DNA from: Octopus bimaculoides
Lineage: Eukaryota
DNA: 44,871 nucleotides
Reading direction: 5' to 3'
NCBI RefSeq assembly: GCF_001194135.2
Contig: NC_068983.1
Span: forward strand, 15,599,370-15,644,240
Part shown: piece after piece, positions 24,899 through 37,271 of the stretch
How positions within the stretch are numbered: the first letter of the stretch is position 1
Layout: the number at the start of each line of letters is the position of its first letter
Notes under the pieces: model-generated
What the model was told of the DNA's origin: nothing
The model's database searches: none
Seen by the model: the letters and a program-made list of their open reading frames with translations, nothing else
Translations under genes and position numbers: made by a program

Positions 24899-25116
24899 TA
24901 CTCTTTTACTTGTTTCAGTCATTTGACTGCGGCCATGCTGGAGCACCGCCTTTAGTCGAGAAAATCGACCCCAGGGCTTATTCTTTGTAAGCCTAGTACT
25001 TATTCTATCGGTCTCTTTTTGCCGAACCGCTAAGTTACGGGGACGTAAACACACCAGCATCGGTTGTCAAGCAATGGTGGGGGAACAAACACAGACACAC
25101 AAACACATGCACACAC

Positions 25117-25161
<45 letters not shown>

Positions 25162-25328
25162 TACGACGGGCTTCTTTCAGTTTCCGTCTACCAAATCCAC
25201 TCACAAGGCTTTGGTCGGCCCGAAGCTATAGTAGAAGACACTTGCTCAAGGTGCCACGCAGTGGGACTGAACCCGGAACCATGTTGTTGGTAAGCAAGCT
25301 ACTTACCACACAGTCACTCATGCACCTA
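24899..25328 (-). mobile_element. tRNA-derived SINE family B with central (TA)n/(CA)n microsatellite
   Basis: Minus-strand head ..GTGTGGTAAGTAGCTTGC..CCGGGTTCAGTCCCAC. A CORE-like ACCTTG(G/A)GCAAGTG segment follows, then the internal microsatellite and a tail ending GACTGAAACAAGTAAAAGAG. Confidence 0.85.
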
Positions 25329-25374
25329 TTATATACTTTTCTATCATCCTTTTACTCTAACAGTCTCTCTCTCT

Positions 25375-25406
<32 letters not shown>

Positions 25407-25918
25407 TTCACACCACCAGTGAACTATATCTTGTTATAGGGCAATAAAGTGATTAAGTTATTACTTAATGTTATGATTAAGGCAAGGGTGGTAGATTTGC
25501 AGAAACATTAGAACATCAGACAAAATGTCTTGCAGTATTTAGTTACAACTCTTTATGTTTTGACTTCGAACCACATTGCAGTAAACTTTGCTTTTTATAC
25601 ATCCGAGTTCGAATATTAGTCAATTACTAGGGTCAGTTTAATCTACTGTATCCTCCTCCACCAAATTTATGGCCTTATGCCAATGTCAGACATCAAAATC
25701 ATACAGAAGATAGGTAAATTGGTACAGATAGTTTGTTGTTTAGTCTATATGAGTAAATATTTGTTTGTTTTCATTTTATGTCTATTTTCCTTCTTTGCTT
25801 GTATGAGTTGGACAATCTATATACAAAAGCATTCCGGCTAAGACCAGCTCATATCATTGTTTGCTGTATTTACAACTACAGTATGCATCATGCCTTCCTT
25901 GTTTGAGGTGCTGGGGAT

Positions 25919-26270
25919 TCATCATCATCGTCGTTTAACGTCCGCTTTCCATGCTAGCATGGGTTGGATGATTTGACTGAGGACTGATGAACCAGATGGC
26001 TACACCAGGCTCCAATCTGATTTGGCAGTGTTTCTACAGCTGGATACACTTCCTAATGCCAACCACTTCGAGAGTGTAGTGGGTGCTTTTACGTGCCACC
26101 AGCACGAAGGCCAGTCAGGAGGTACTGGCAACGGCCACGCTCAAAATGGTGTATTTTACGTGCCACCCGCACAAGAGCCAGTCCAGGGGCACTGGCAATG
26201 ATCTCGCTCGAAAGTCCTTACACATGCCAGGGGCACAAGTGCCAGAAAGGCGACGCTGGGCACAGATTTG
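25919..26270 (-). mobile_element. RTE LINE 3'UTR fragment
   Basis: Same tail and 3'UTR modules as the other copies. Confidence 0.85.
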
Positions 26271-27562
26271 AAGGAAATTTGAGTATTATTTCTGGTAGGT
26301 TGAACGACCAGGGTGAGGCTTTCTCAATAGTATCAGTGAAAATAGTGTTGTTGTGGTGCAGATACTATTTTGCCACCCAGTCTGAGTATGCTATGAAAAT
26401 CCTAGATAGTTATTCATAAAAGTAAAGAAAAAGTATTTCAAATTTTGAAAACTGTGCAAATAGTAAAGCTTTAATTTGTCTTTGAAATCTGGAAGAGGGC
26501 AGAACCTGCTTAAAGTATTTTAATAGACTCTTCCATAGACTTGTGGACTTTCCCGTCATAGACAATAGATGAGGGCTCTGCAATTTCTTGCTGAGCAACT
26601 TGGGCAGATGATTTATTTATAGTGATCAAATGTTTGTGTTCTATATTAGCTCACTCCCTCCATCAAATTGACATTACCACATCAGATGTCAAAGTGCTTG
26701 CAGAGCAATGGAAGATGAAGTGTTTTGCTCAAGAACACAACACACTGCCTTATCCAGGAATTGAGATCACAATTGTGAATGTAATACCCTAAATGCTAGG
26801 TTAAACATAGACTAGTGGTGTAAGTTATTAAATATCTGTTCTGTTGTTCTTTGGTATCAAATAAAAATTGGACAGATTTCTAGGAAACTAACTGAAAAAT
26901 ACCTTTTGAATTACTTCTGTGTTCAAAAAGATAGATTTCTAGAAAAGGATTAATTTAGATCTATTGTTGTTGGTAATGGGCATAGGTATAGTTGTGTGGT
27001 TAAAGACGTTTGCTATATTACTATATGCTTTTGGATTCAATTTTACTTTGCAGAACATTCAGCGAGTATTTTGGACCCAACTTATGATCAGTCAAAGCTT
27101 TGAGTGAAATTTAATTGATAGAAACTGTAGAAGTGTATCAGAATCATTCTGTTATTTGGGGAGTAGATTTAATCTCTTGTTTGGTTTAAACCACCACCTG
27201 GCTCTTTGGGTACCTTTAGCAGAGTTCACCTTGTTGTAAGCATTTGAGTCAAGTCTTTGGTATGAGGATAACTGCTATTATTTCTTCCACAAGTCACAGA
27301 AGTCTTTAAAAGGCCTCTCTGACTGGTGGAAGGAATTAACTTATCTGTCTTACCTCCTCAAACTAAACTATTAAAAATGATAAACAGATGAATAAACATA
27401 TGGTGACCAGACCAACCAGCTAAATTCTAACTTCACTAAAGAACTAAAATTCTAACACAGATTTCCTTATCTAACCACTCTGATTATCACACTAATCAGA
27501 AACACAAACACACACACATACACACACAAGCACATCTATGTATGTGTGTTTGTGTGTGTGTA

Positions 27563-27608
<46 letters not shown>

Positions 27609-28045
27609 NNNNNNNNNNATATATATATGTGTGTGTATATCTATCTATCTATCTATATATATATATACATCTATAATAGCAACTCTCTCTCTCTCACACA
27701 CACACACACACATGCACGTAGTCATTCATGTGTTTCTCATAAAGAATTATCAGTGCTGAAGAATTATTTCAACAAGGTCTATCTCCCAGATGTCTCTTTA
27801 TATCATTACAATCAACAAACTGACTTCATATCAGCAGTCAGTTTTACAGAGACCATAAGTTCATACAGTCATTGTGTCAAATAACTCTCTTATCAAGTTC
27901 AGAGTTATTGACCCCAAACATTACTCAACAAAATTCGAGGATATCTGTTTCTTTTTTTCACCTATATAATATTGAAGGTAGTCATTGCCCAGCAAGTGAT
28001 ATAAGTTTAAGGTTTGAGTCCCAACAGTGTGCACATTGTTCTAAA

Positions 28046-28210
28046 AGGGAGCTTTTGCATGATTGCATGATCTTTTAGAAATAGCAGCCAAATCTCCCTC
28101 CAATCACACTGTCTTAAAAAGAAAGGAAATAAGATAATATAGTTCTAGATATATTGAAAAAGAAAGACACCCTGGTCATAGCTGAATCATGGCTCAGTCT
28201 TGACCAAGCA
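28046..28210 (+). repeat. Dispersed repeat family D (TAGAAATAGCAGCCAAAT core; SINE-like)
   Basis: The core AGAAATAGCAGCCAAATCTCCCTC or its reverse complement recurs at about 1950, 3880, 4300, 13390, 17490, 21430, 30530 and 44440. Orientation was inferred from the AAACAACAA end. Confidence 0.6.
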
Positions 28211-29014
28211 ATTCTGATGGCTTTAACCATTAAGACCATTAAGAACATTGACTAAATTAAAATGAACTTACTTGATCAGTAAGGCGTTTATATCACTAGT
28301 CTATAAAACACTTCAACTGTTTATCCGAAGGGGAGTAAGTTGCACTAGATAAGAAAATGTACTCAGCTTATGATTCATAATAATTGTATATAACATTATG
28401 GAGATAGATATATTAGATTCATATTACCATTTCTTCATTTTACTCCTCAAGAATAATCATTGTGGAAGATCTTTTTCTCGCATATCACTATTCACCATGT
28501 TGTAGAAGGTTCATATTCACAACATAGCTACTTCAGTATGAAGACTTGGTTTTTATCTTTGGAGCTTGCAGATTATTTCAGACTGAGCATGAAAATATAA
28601 AGCTTAAATTGCATGAATCTTGATCCAGCATTCATGAATTATAAAAATTGATATTCAGCACAGTCTTATTTTGTATTTATTATATTTTATCTTTTTTTTT
28701 TCTTTACTGTTAATGTTTGCATGTTGATGTAGAGATACTTGGGTAATTTCCATACATGAATGTATAGAATGGTATTTACAAATCATGACATTTGCATAAA
28801 TACTTGCAATTCTATTGTAAAACAGGAGAGCTTTGTTCCTCTTGTAAACTTGCTAAAGCAGGATTATTTCTGTTACAGTGCAAAATATGTAGGAATATTA
28901 AAGATGAAGTTCTTGATCATAGATCAGTAGTTATACACCCTAATCTTAAAGCTTCTACATATCTGTGTCAAATATGTGTGTTTGTGTATATCATCATCAT
29001 CATCATCATCATCA

Positions 29015-29176
29015 TAGGCACATGTGTGGCTGTGTGGTAAGAAGCTTGCTTCCCAACCACATGGTTCCCAGTTCAGTCCAACTGTGTGGCACCTTGGGCA
29101 AATGTCGTCTACCATAGTCTTGAGTTGACCAAAGTCTTGTGAGTGGATTTGGTACACAGAAACTGAAAGGAGCCGA

Positions 29177-29218
<42 letters not shown>

Positions 29219-29950
29219 NNNNNNNNNNNNNNNNNNNNNNNNNNNNNNNNNNNNNNNNNNNNNNNNNNNNNNNNNNNNNNNNNNNNNNNNNNNNNNNNNN
29301 NNNNNNNNNNNNNNNNNNNNNNNNNNNNNNNNNNNNNNNNNNNNNNNNNNNNNNNNNNNNNNNNNNNNNNNNNNNNNNNNNNNNNNNNNNNNNNNNNNNN
29401 NNNNNNNNNNNNNNNNNNNNNNNNNNNNNNNNNNNNNNNNNNNNNNNNNNNNNNNNNNNNNNNNNNNNNGGGATGGTGGCGAACCCTGCTATACTCTTCC
29501 ACCACAACTTTCTCTCACTCTTACTTCCTGTTTCTGTTGTGCCTGTAATTCAAAGGGTGAGCCTTGTCACACTGTGTCACACTGAATATCCCCGAGAACT
29601 ATGTTAATGGTACACGTGTCTGTGGAGTGGTCAGCCACTTGCACATTAATTTCACAAGCAGGCTGTTCCGTTGATCGGATCAACTGGAACCCTCGACGTC
29701 GTAAGCGATGGAGTGCCAACAATACAATATATATATATGTGTGTGTGTGTGTGTTCCCCCTCCACTGCTTGACAACCAGTGTTGGCACGTTTATATGTCC
29801 CTATAACTTAGCCGTTCTGCAAAAGAGAATGATAGAATAAGTACCAGGCTTAAAAAAAAAGTAATGTGGTCAATTCATTCAACTAAAAATTCTTCAAGCT
29901 GGTGCCTCAGCATAGCCACAGTCTATTAACTGAAACTAGTATTAGAGAAA
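29015..29950 (+). mobile_element. SINE family B split by a gap and a family A insertion
   Basis: Head 29015-29175, (TA)n, gap, family A insert, (TA)/(TG)n, tail about 29745-29950. Confidence 0.75.
29470..29722 (+). mobile_element. SINE family A, 3' part, nested in a family B SINE
   Basis: Reverse complement of the other family A copies; ends GGAGTGCCAACAA. Confidence 0.85.
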
Positions 29951-31093
29951 TAATAAAAGACATATATTGTTTTTATGACATTTTTAACATATGTGTGTCA
30001 CCGAAAAGTGGCTGCAGTAACCATCTTGGGAAAATTCCCTTTGTAAATGTACGAGTTGACCACTGCAGCACTGTGACCTCTGATGTTAAGTAGGCCATAT
30101 AGATAATGATTTTAATCTAGAGTTGCTTCTATTGCATTATTCAAATGTATATTTGTACAAGATAAAAAAAACATTTTGTCAATATTTTATTATGTTTTGT
30201 GTAGCGTTTGAGGAGAAGGGTCATTGTGCTTGAAATAAGATCCAAATTGATTGAATAGATGTTGATAACTATTTGAATAGGTTTAGATCAATAGTAATTT
30301 AAATTTTGAATAAGTTGGTCTTTTGTAGTGTTTTAATAAAAGAAACACAAATAAGTTTTAATATACTCATGACCAGATGCCCATTGTGGTGTCAGAAGAT
30401 GGTGCTGTAATTGTTTAATTCCAGGTTAACTCTAATCCAGCAGATCATTGATAAAAAAAAAAGTTCCATCTTTTTTCAGACATGATGTCTCTGGTCCTAC
30501 AAGATCAAGATTGTCATTTGTTATTTGGAAGAGATTTGGCTACTATTTTTAGAATGCTGAGCAGCTGGGGAGAAGTTCTTCCCTCACATTGTCTTGTATG
30601 AAGGCTGCTGCCATATTTTAATTGATCTTTTAGATATTGAATAAAAATAAGATTGAAAATAAAAATTACTGTTATAATCACTCTTATAACAACTGAGATT
30701 TACAGATATTGGATATGACAACTAGAATTATTGTAATAATCAGTTGTGAAGATCAATTCAAATATGGAGTAAAACCCTTGATAGTTTAGCCATAAATTAT
30801 GATTTGGTTGTAAGTTTATATTATTAATCTTCCAGTATAATAATTACATCTGGTGATTATCTTATGTTTAAAATGCCTTTCTTCTAAATTTTTCTATTGA
30901 TTTTGGCACTGCATTGCAATTTTCAAATTATCTAGTTTATTGGTGGTGAAGATATGTGGAAGACATACATGTTTTAGGCTTTCTTGAATTATATTTGATT
31001 CTAAAGATATTCAAAGCAAGATTATTTTAGTATTGGCCAGTCAAATGATTTGACATTGTTTTTGTAAGAGTAATTCTTTTTTTTAATATTTAG

Positions 31094-31143
31094 TTGAGAG
31101 AAGGAGAGTACTGGCCATGACATTTGCTGGGCCTCCCAAACTG
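31094..31143 (+). CDS. Possible small internal exon (xERRRVLAMTFAGPPKL), gene unidentified
   Basis: T-rich acceptor ..TTTTAATATTTAG, donor CTG|GTGAGG, one open frame, locally higher GC. No protein recognised. Confidence 0.2.
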
Positions 31144-31904
31144 GTGAGGTCAGTGTGGTTGATATTTAGGTTGAACTTCTGTTGGTTGATGTTAGTAATA
31201 AAAATNNNNNNNNNNGGTGGGTGGGAGTTCAGAGAGTTGAAGTTCTAGGGTGAAAGGATTGAGGGGAAAAATGTTTAGTGTGAAGTTTGAGGGAGAATGA
31301 GATATAGAAAGGATGACATTATCAGGAGATGCATTTGCATCAGGAAGACCTGGTTGATGTGATGTACAGCTTGTTTGTTAAGAGGGACAGAAACTATTAA
31401 AGTAGCAGTGGAAGAGACACACAATAAGGATGGTGTGGGAGTTGGGTGGAAGTTGAGGAAGCTAATCAGCCGTTATTTAGGATGCAATCTAATTTATGTC
31501 TATTAGCAGCATAGTCACTCGTGTGTGAGCAGTATTAGAATGTAGGTTGCACTTGAGCTCTATAGAGAGTCAGTATCTAATCAAGACTGAAATTATTACT
31601 ATAGTTTTAAAAAAAGGCCTGGAAGAGAATTATCATACATACAGACATTATCTAAAAACTCAGTTTTCAAAAATTCAATGCTAATAATAATTCTTTCTTC
31701 TATAGGTATAAGGCTATAAAGCATTTTGTCTGGCATGTTAATGAGTCTATCAGCTCACTCCATAAATAAAAATTTTAGTGATTAAAAAAAAAAATCTTAA
31801 ATGAAAATTTTTCTTAATATGGTAGATGGATTTTGGAGACAATTTTTTTTTTTTTAACATGTGTTAGGCTGTTGTAATGCCAGAAATAATGCACTTTGAG
31901 TAAT

Positions 31905-32194
31905 AATCATCATCATCATCGTTTAACGTCCACTTTCCATGCTAGCATGGGTTGGACGATTTGACTGAGGACTAGTGATCCAGATGGCTACACCAGGCTC
32001 CAATCTGATTTGGCAGAGTTTCTCCAGCTGGATGCCCTTCCTAACGCCAACCACTCAGAGAGTATAGTGGGTGCTTTTACGTGCCACCAGCACAAGGGCC
32101 AGTCAGGCGGTACTGGCAATGGCCATGCTCAAAATGGTGTATTTTACGTGCCACCTGCACAGGAGCCAGTCCAGCGGCACTGGCAACGATCATG
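31905..32194 (-). mobile_element. RTE LINE 3'UTR fragment
   Basis: Same tail and 3'UTR modules as the other copies. Confidence 0.85.
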
Positions 32195-32968
32195 GTTGAC
32201 ATTTTCAACTTTATTGGCATTAGAAATATTTAACAATTTCTGTCACTAAAATCACCTAGAATCTCTGAAAAACTTATTTTACTCCACATGTTATATACCA
32301 TTTGTTTCAACATTTTTCTTTCTCTTCTCTGCCTTAACAAAGTACCACTGTCCAAAACATCGACTTCTCCTTCCTTCCTGCACAGCATTAGATATATTGA
32401 CTTCCAAGTGTTTTTTTTTCTGCTTCATGACTGTCCTAGATATTAATTAAATATTTATATATCAATTACAATGCTGTGCAGACTTAACCTGAATTACTCC
32501 TGGATTTTATTTCATTATGTGCCATTTGTATTGAGAGTATAATAGATATCTTTCCTGGAATTTCTCAGAAAGATACTTCTTACAATATTAACACTCAGCT
32601 ATTAGACATCATATGAAATATATTCCACTTATAAATTATTTCTCTCAGATATAACTTATTAGATTTATATGATGGCACAGATAGAATTTGTGTTTCATTC
32701 TAATGATTTTCCTTTGTTCTTCTAGTTATCTTTATTAATGCTAGTTACTGTCTGCTATTTAAACCTGAGGCTGTGTTTCATAGGTCACTTCTTTCTAGAA
32801 ACCAGAAATAATGACATAAAGTAAGTCAACTGAATCCTTTAATTCTAATAATATATATTGAAGTACTTGAGATGTTTTGGAGCAAAAATACTGCTTTCAG
32901 CCATTCAGATGCTTATTGTTCATAAAAGTGCTACGTTTCATTTCTTATAAGGTGCTCACCCTACCCCT

Positions 32969-33361
32969 GGTGGTGGTGGTTGGCACTCCGTCGCTTACGA
33001 CGTCGAGGGTTCCAGTTGATCCGATCAACGGAACAGCCTGCTCGTGAAATTAACGTGCAAGTGGCTGAGCACTCCACAGACACATGTACCTTTAACGTAG
33101 TTCTCGGAGATATTCAGCGTGACACAGAGTATGACAAGGCTGGCCCTTTGAATTACAGGCACAACAGAAACAGGAAGTAAGAGTGAGAGAAAGTTGTGGT
33201 GAAAGAGAACAGCAGGGTTCGCCACCATCCCCTGCCGGAGCCTCGTGGAGCTTTAGGTGTTTTCGCTCAATAAACACTCACAACGCCCGGTCTGGGAATC
33301 GAAACCGTGATCCTATGACCGCGAGTCCGCTGCCCTAATCACTGGGTCATTGCGCCTCCAC
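32969..33361 (-). mobile_element. tRNA-derived SINE family A, full length (octopus OK/OR-type SINE; 3' part resembles the Deu/Nin domain)
   Basis: Minus-strand head GTGGAGGCGCAATGACCCAGTGATTAG..GGTTTCGATTCCCAG carries A and B boxes. The body is shared with 3 other copies, the tail is (ACC)n, and CCCTACCC flanks both sides. Family naming is from recollection only. Confidence 0.85.
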
Positions 33362-34828
33362 CCCTACCCTACTCCTACCCTACCCCTACTAATCCCTGAA
33401 AAATCAACCTGCCTCTTATAAACACCAGGTCAGAGTTTAGTTTACAAACAAATGGTGGTTTACGAAAGAACTTGCCAAGATTCAGTTTCATCTTATAAGC
33501 TCATACACTTTATTAGCTTCACATCTTTTTGTTTAGGTTCTTCTATTGTAGCTATTAGGAGCACCTTTGAAACAAAAATTATTTGTCATTCTGTATCTTC
33601 TGTATCTGTCTTTTCTACTAATATTCTGAAAGTTCCTGAAACACAGGACTAGCAAGTTGTGTACTACTACTACTTCCACCACTATCATCAGGCTCACTCA
33701 TTACTTCTTATCTCATCATCCATATTATATTACATTACCTCATCTTAGTTCCTGTACTGTAGCCAAACCTTTATCCCTACCACCTCAAATTAGTAGAGCT
33801 CTGTTTTTAAGCAGACATCTAGTTACATGTATTGTTCTGTAGAGATTCAAACTAAACATCTATATCATTAGGAGGGTCTTCAAAACTTATGTGCACTTCC
33901 CCACATCCTTGGACAGACTAACATGTAAAAAAAAAAAAATAGATAAGCCATCTCTAACGAACAACTAATAAAACTTGAAAGAAATGATATGCACCAGTTC
34001 CTTGCCAACATACTAGACATATTACAAAGCATTTCAAATAAATTTGCTTTACAATAATTATATCAAATTTTATTTATATTCCAACTGATCTATTTGTATT
34101 TTATATTCTAAAATGAAATATACTGAGGAATGATGGCTAATAAAATGTCTTTATTTAGTATGTTCTATAAATAGAATTTTCATTTAAAATTTTGTTCTTT
34201 ATAATTTTTCATTGACCTCAACTACCACTGCACAAAATTCACTTAAACCACATAGTCAACAAGTATTGAAATTATCATAAATCTAATTTTCTATGTGCAA
34301 TGTTTTGCTATGATGAAATCAAAGGATTTGCACTTATCTTTATCTAATACATGCTTCTTACTGAAAGATATTGTTGTTCATATCAAAATTGACTTTTTAG
34401 TATAAATAAATATTTTTTAATGTCTAGAATTTAATTATTTTATGTCAAGGGCTGGAAGAATAGATTTATTTTAATGACTTTCATTGAAAAATTGTTGCCC
34501 TAAGACAATTATTTTTATTGTAATTATTGTAGCTAATTGAGGGCTAATTTTATATTTGGATTTTTGCGAAAAAAAAAAAGAGAGAAACTAAGTGTGGACT
34601 AATGAAAAGGAAATGAATCAGATTAAATTTGTTCTCTTGTAGATAATTACAAAATTGTGAGTTAATAGATTTTGTTTCTTTTAGCACATATAGTTGGGTG
34701 AATGTTCTTCATGTCCTAATTTTATATTCTCTTATTCTATTACTGGTTTCAATCATTGGACTACAACCATATTGGGACACTGCCTTGACAGATTTTATTC
34801 ATTCATATTGACTAGTACTTATTTTTTA

Positions 34829-35232
34829 TTCTTTTACTTGTTTCAGTCATTTGACTGCGACCATGCTGGAGCACTGCCTTTAGTCAAGCAATTCGACCCC
34901 AGGACTTATTCTTTGGAGGCCTAGTACTTATTCTATCGGTCACTTTTGCTGAACTGCTAGGTTACAGGAACATAAACACACCACCATCAGTTGTCAAGCG
35001 ATGTTGGGGGAGACAAACACAGACACACAAACATATATACACATATATATATTTATACATATATACGACGGGCTTCTACCAAATCCACTACAGTTTCCAT
35101 CTATCAAATCCACTCACAAGGCTTTGGTCAGCCTGAGGCTATAGTAAAAGACACTTGCCCAAGGTGCTACGCAGTGGGAATGAACCCGGAACCATGTGGT
35201 TGGTAAGCAAGCTACTTACCACATAGCCACTC
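34829..35232 (-). mobile_element. SINE family B
   Basis: Homologous to 24899-25328, with CpG decay. Confidence 0.85.
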
Positions 35233-35844
35233 TGATTAATTTCTGTTTAGCAAATGACTAAGTTACTTAGAATAAAGAGATGCAACTTAATGTACCATTC
35301 TATACCAATACATTCAAACACACATGCATCATCATAATCATTATCATCATTATTTTCCCATTCTTGAATAGGTTGAACCAGTCTTTTCTTCAACAGTGTC
35401 TCACTGTTGTATTCCTTTGTCATGAGGTTCAGCTTTCTGAGATCATGTCAATATTTTTACCTTTACGTGCTTCTTTCCATCTGGATCACTTGACACTTCT
35501 GTATTCAACTGTTAGCTTCCATATGCTTCAAATGACCATACCAGCTTAGGCTTCTCTCTTACATGCTACATCTGATTACTTTTATACCTAGTTTTATACT
35601 CAGCTCATTTGTTCATTGTCATTCAGCAACTTGTCATAGTATCGTTTCCATACCTTCGTCATCTCAGCATGAGTGAGGACAGGTGCATTGATATCATTCC
35701 ATGTTCACTTATCACCAATGATATCCTGATTCATACTGACTCACTACTTTACTATCTGGAATACCTCATGCCTCTGATTCTCACATCACTGAATATTAGT
35801 GAACCTATTACTTTCCATCTCACTTTTTGTTATGCATTCTTGAT

Positions 35845-36256
35845 ACTCTCTTTTCTCTTTTACTTGTTTCAGTCATTTGACTGTGGCCATGCTGGAGCAC
35901 TGCCTTTCGTCGAGCAAATCGACCCCAGGACTTATTCGTTGTAAGCCTAGTACTTATTCTATCGGTCTCTTTTGCTGAACCGCTAAGTTACGGGGACGTA
36001 AACACACCACCATCGGTTGTCAAGCGATGTTGGGGGGACAAACACACACATACATATATATATATATATACATATATACAACAGGCTTCTTTCAGTTTCT
36101 GTCTACCAAATCCACTCACAAGGCTTTGATCGGCCCGAGGCTATAGTAGAAGACACTTGCCCAAGGTGCCAAGCAGTGGGACTGAACCCGGAACCATGTG
36201 GTTGGTAAGCAAGCTACTTACCACATAGCCACTCCTGCGCCACACAGCTACTCCTG
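35845..36256 (-). mobile_element. SINE family B inserted in the old RTE
   Basis: Homologous to 24899-25328. Short duplicated head segment at 36241-36256. Confidence 0.85.
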
Positions 36257-36919
36257 ATGTCTGTGTTCTGTTGTTCTTCATTTCCCTCTTTCTACTATAC
36301 TTTCCAAAGCCTGTCACCTAACTTTTCTGGTTCTTTTTTACCGTGCTATTCCACAAGCAAGTGACCTATCTAACTGCAGACTAGTTCCATTCAGAGATCT
36401 GGTTTATGACAAGCATCAGGTTATCATGTATAAACCACCAGTTGTCTTCCATCTTTTTCTCCTCTGTGATATGTATCACCTTGTGCATTTTTGAATCTAC
36501 ATCTGACCAAATTGTGTTTCAGCTTCCATACCTTTTTTTCCAGATTATCTTGTATCTTTCAGTCTATGAAAATCTTAGTCGCATTCACAGTCGCTAGCCT
36601 ATATTGAATAGTATTTATTTTCTTTACTGGGGAAGCAATTTAGTATTTACAATCTGTCTCATTGTCTGATGAGTATGAAATCTATTTGGCCTGTGTGTTC
36701 ACCTGAGGGATAGGTGATCAGGTAATTGGCTGGGTTATTGTAATGTTGCATATGGTTTGGCCATTTGCATCACAGATCTTCAAGAGCTTTAATCACTTTT
36801 CCTTCCACAATAGCATTAGTATATATCAAAATAACTATTGTGTTGTAACCCAACATGACCCTTAAAGTCACCTATCAAGGTAATCTACTGTCATTTGTTA
36901 TCAAAGTAATCTATTAGAG

Positions 36920-37271
36920 CAGGGGTTTTCAAACTTTTTGACTTGCGGACCCCTTTATATTTCAGGCTTTACCTTAGGGACCCCCTTATAAACGCTTATG
37001 AAATTTATACATAAATATTTGCTTAAAATAACATATATTTTTACATTTATTTATTTAACAGTATTTAACAAAATAGGTTTATTGTCAATTAAAAGATTTC
37101 GATTAAAAAACATATATAAAATCAAATTGCCCATAAAAAGTATTTGCTGTCCACGGACCCCCTGTCTTGTCCTTGCGGACCACAGTTTGAAAACCCCCTG
37201 TCTTGTCCTTGCGGACCCTCTGTGGCCCGCGGACCCTCTGTGGTCTGCGGACCACAGTTTGAAAACCCCTG
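36920..37271. mobile_element. hAT (Charlie-like) MITE
   Basis: 16-bp TIRs CAGGGGTTTTCAAACT...AGTTTGAAAACCCCTG. Exact 8-bp TSD TATTAGAG at 36912-36919 and 37272-37279. GCGGACC subterminal repeats. Inserted into an old RTE. Confidence 0.9.

Noticed and set aside
32010-32249. Recurrent ORF MAEFLQLDALPNANHSES.. (also 39903, 26083, 26093)
   Set aside because: Antisense translation of the RTE 3'UTR. It recurs only because the repeat recurs, and the frame is not preserved in all copies.
33290-33361. tRNA gene
   Set aside because: A/B boxes are present, but the sequence continues into a SINE body with tail and TSD and lacks a proper acceptor stem. It is a SINE head.
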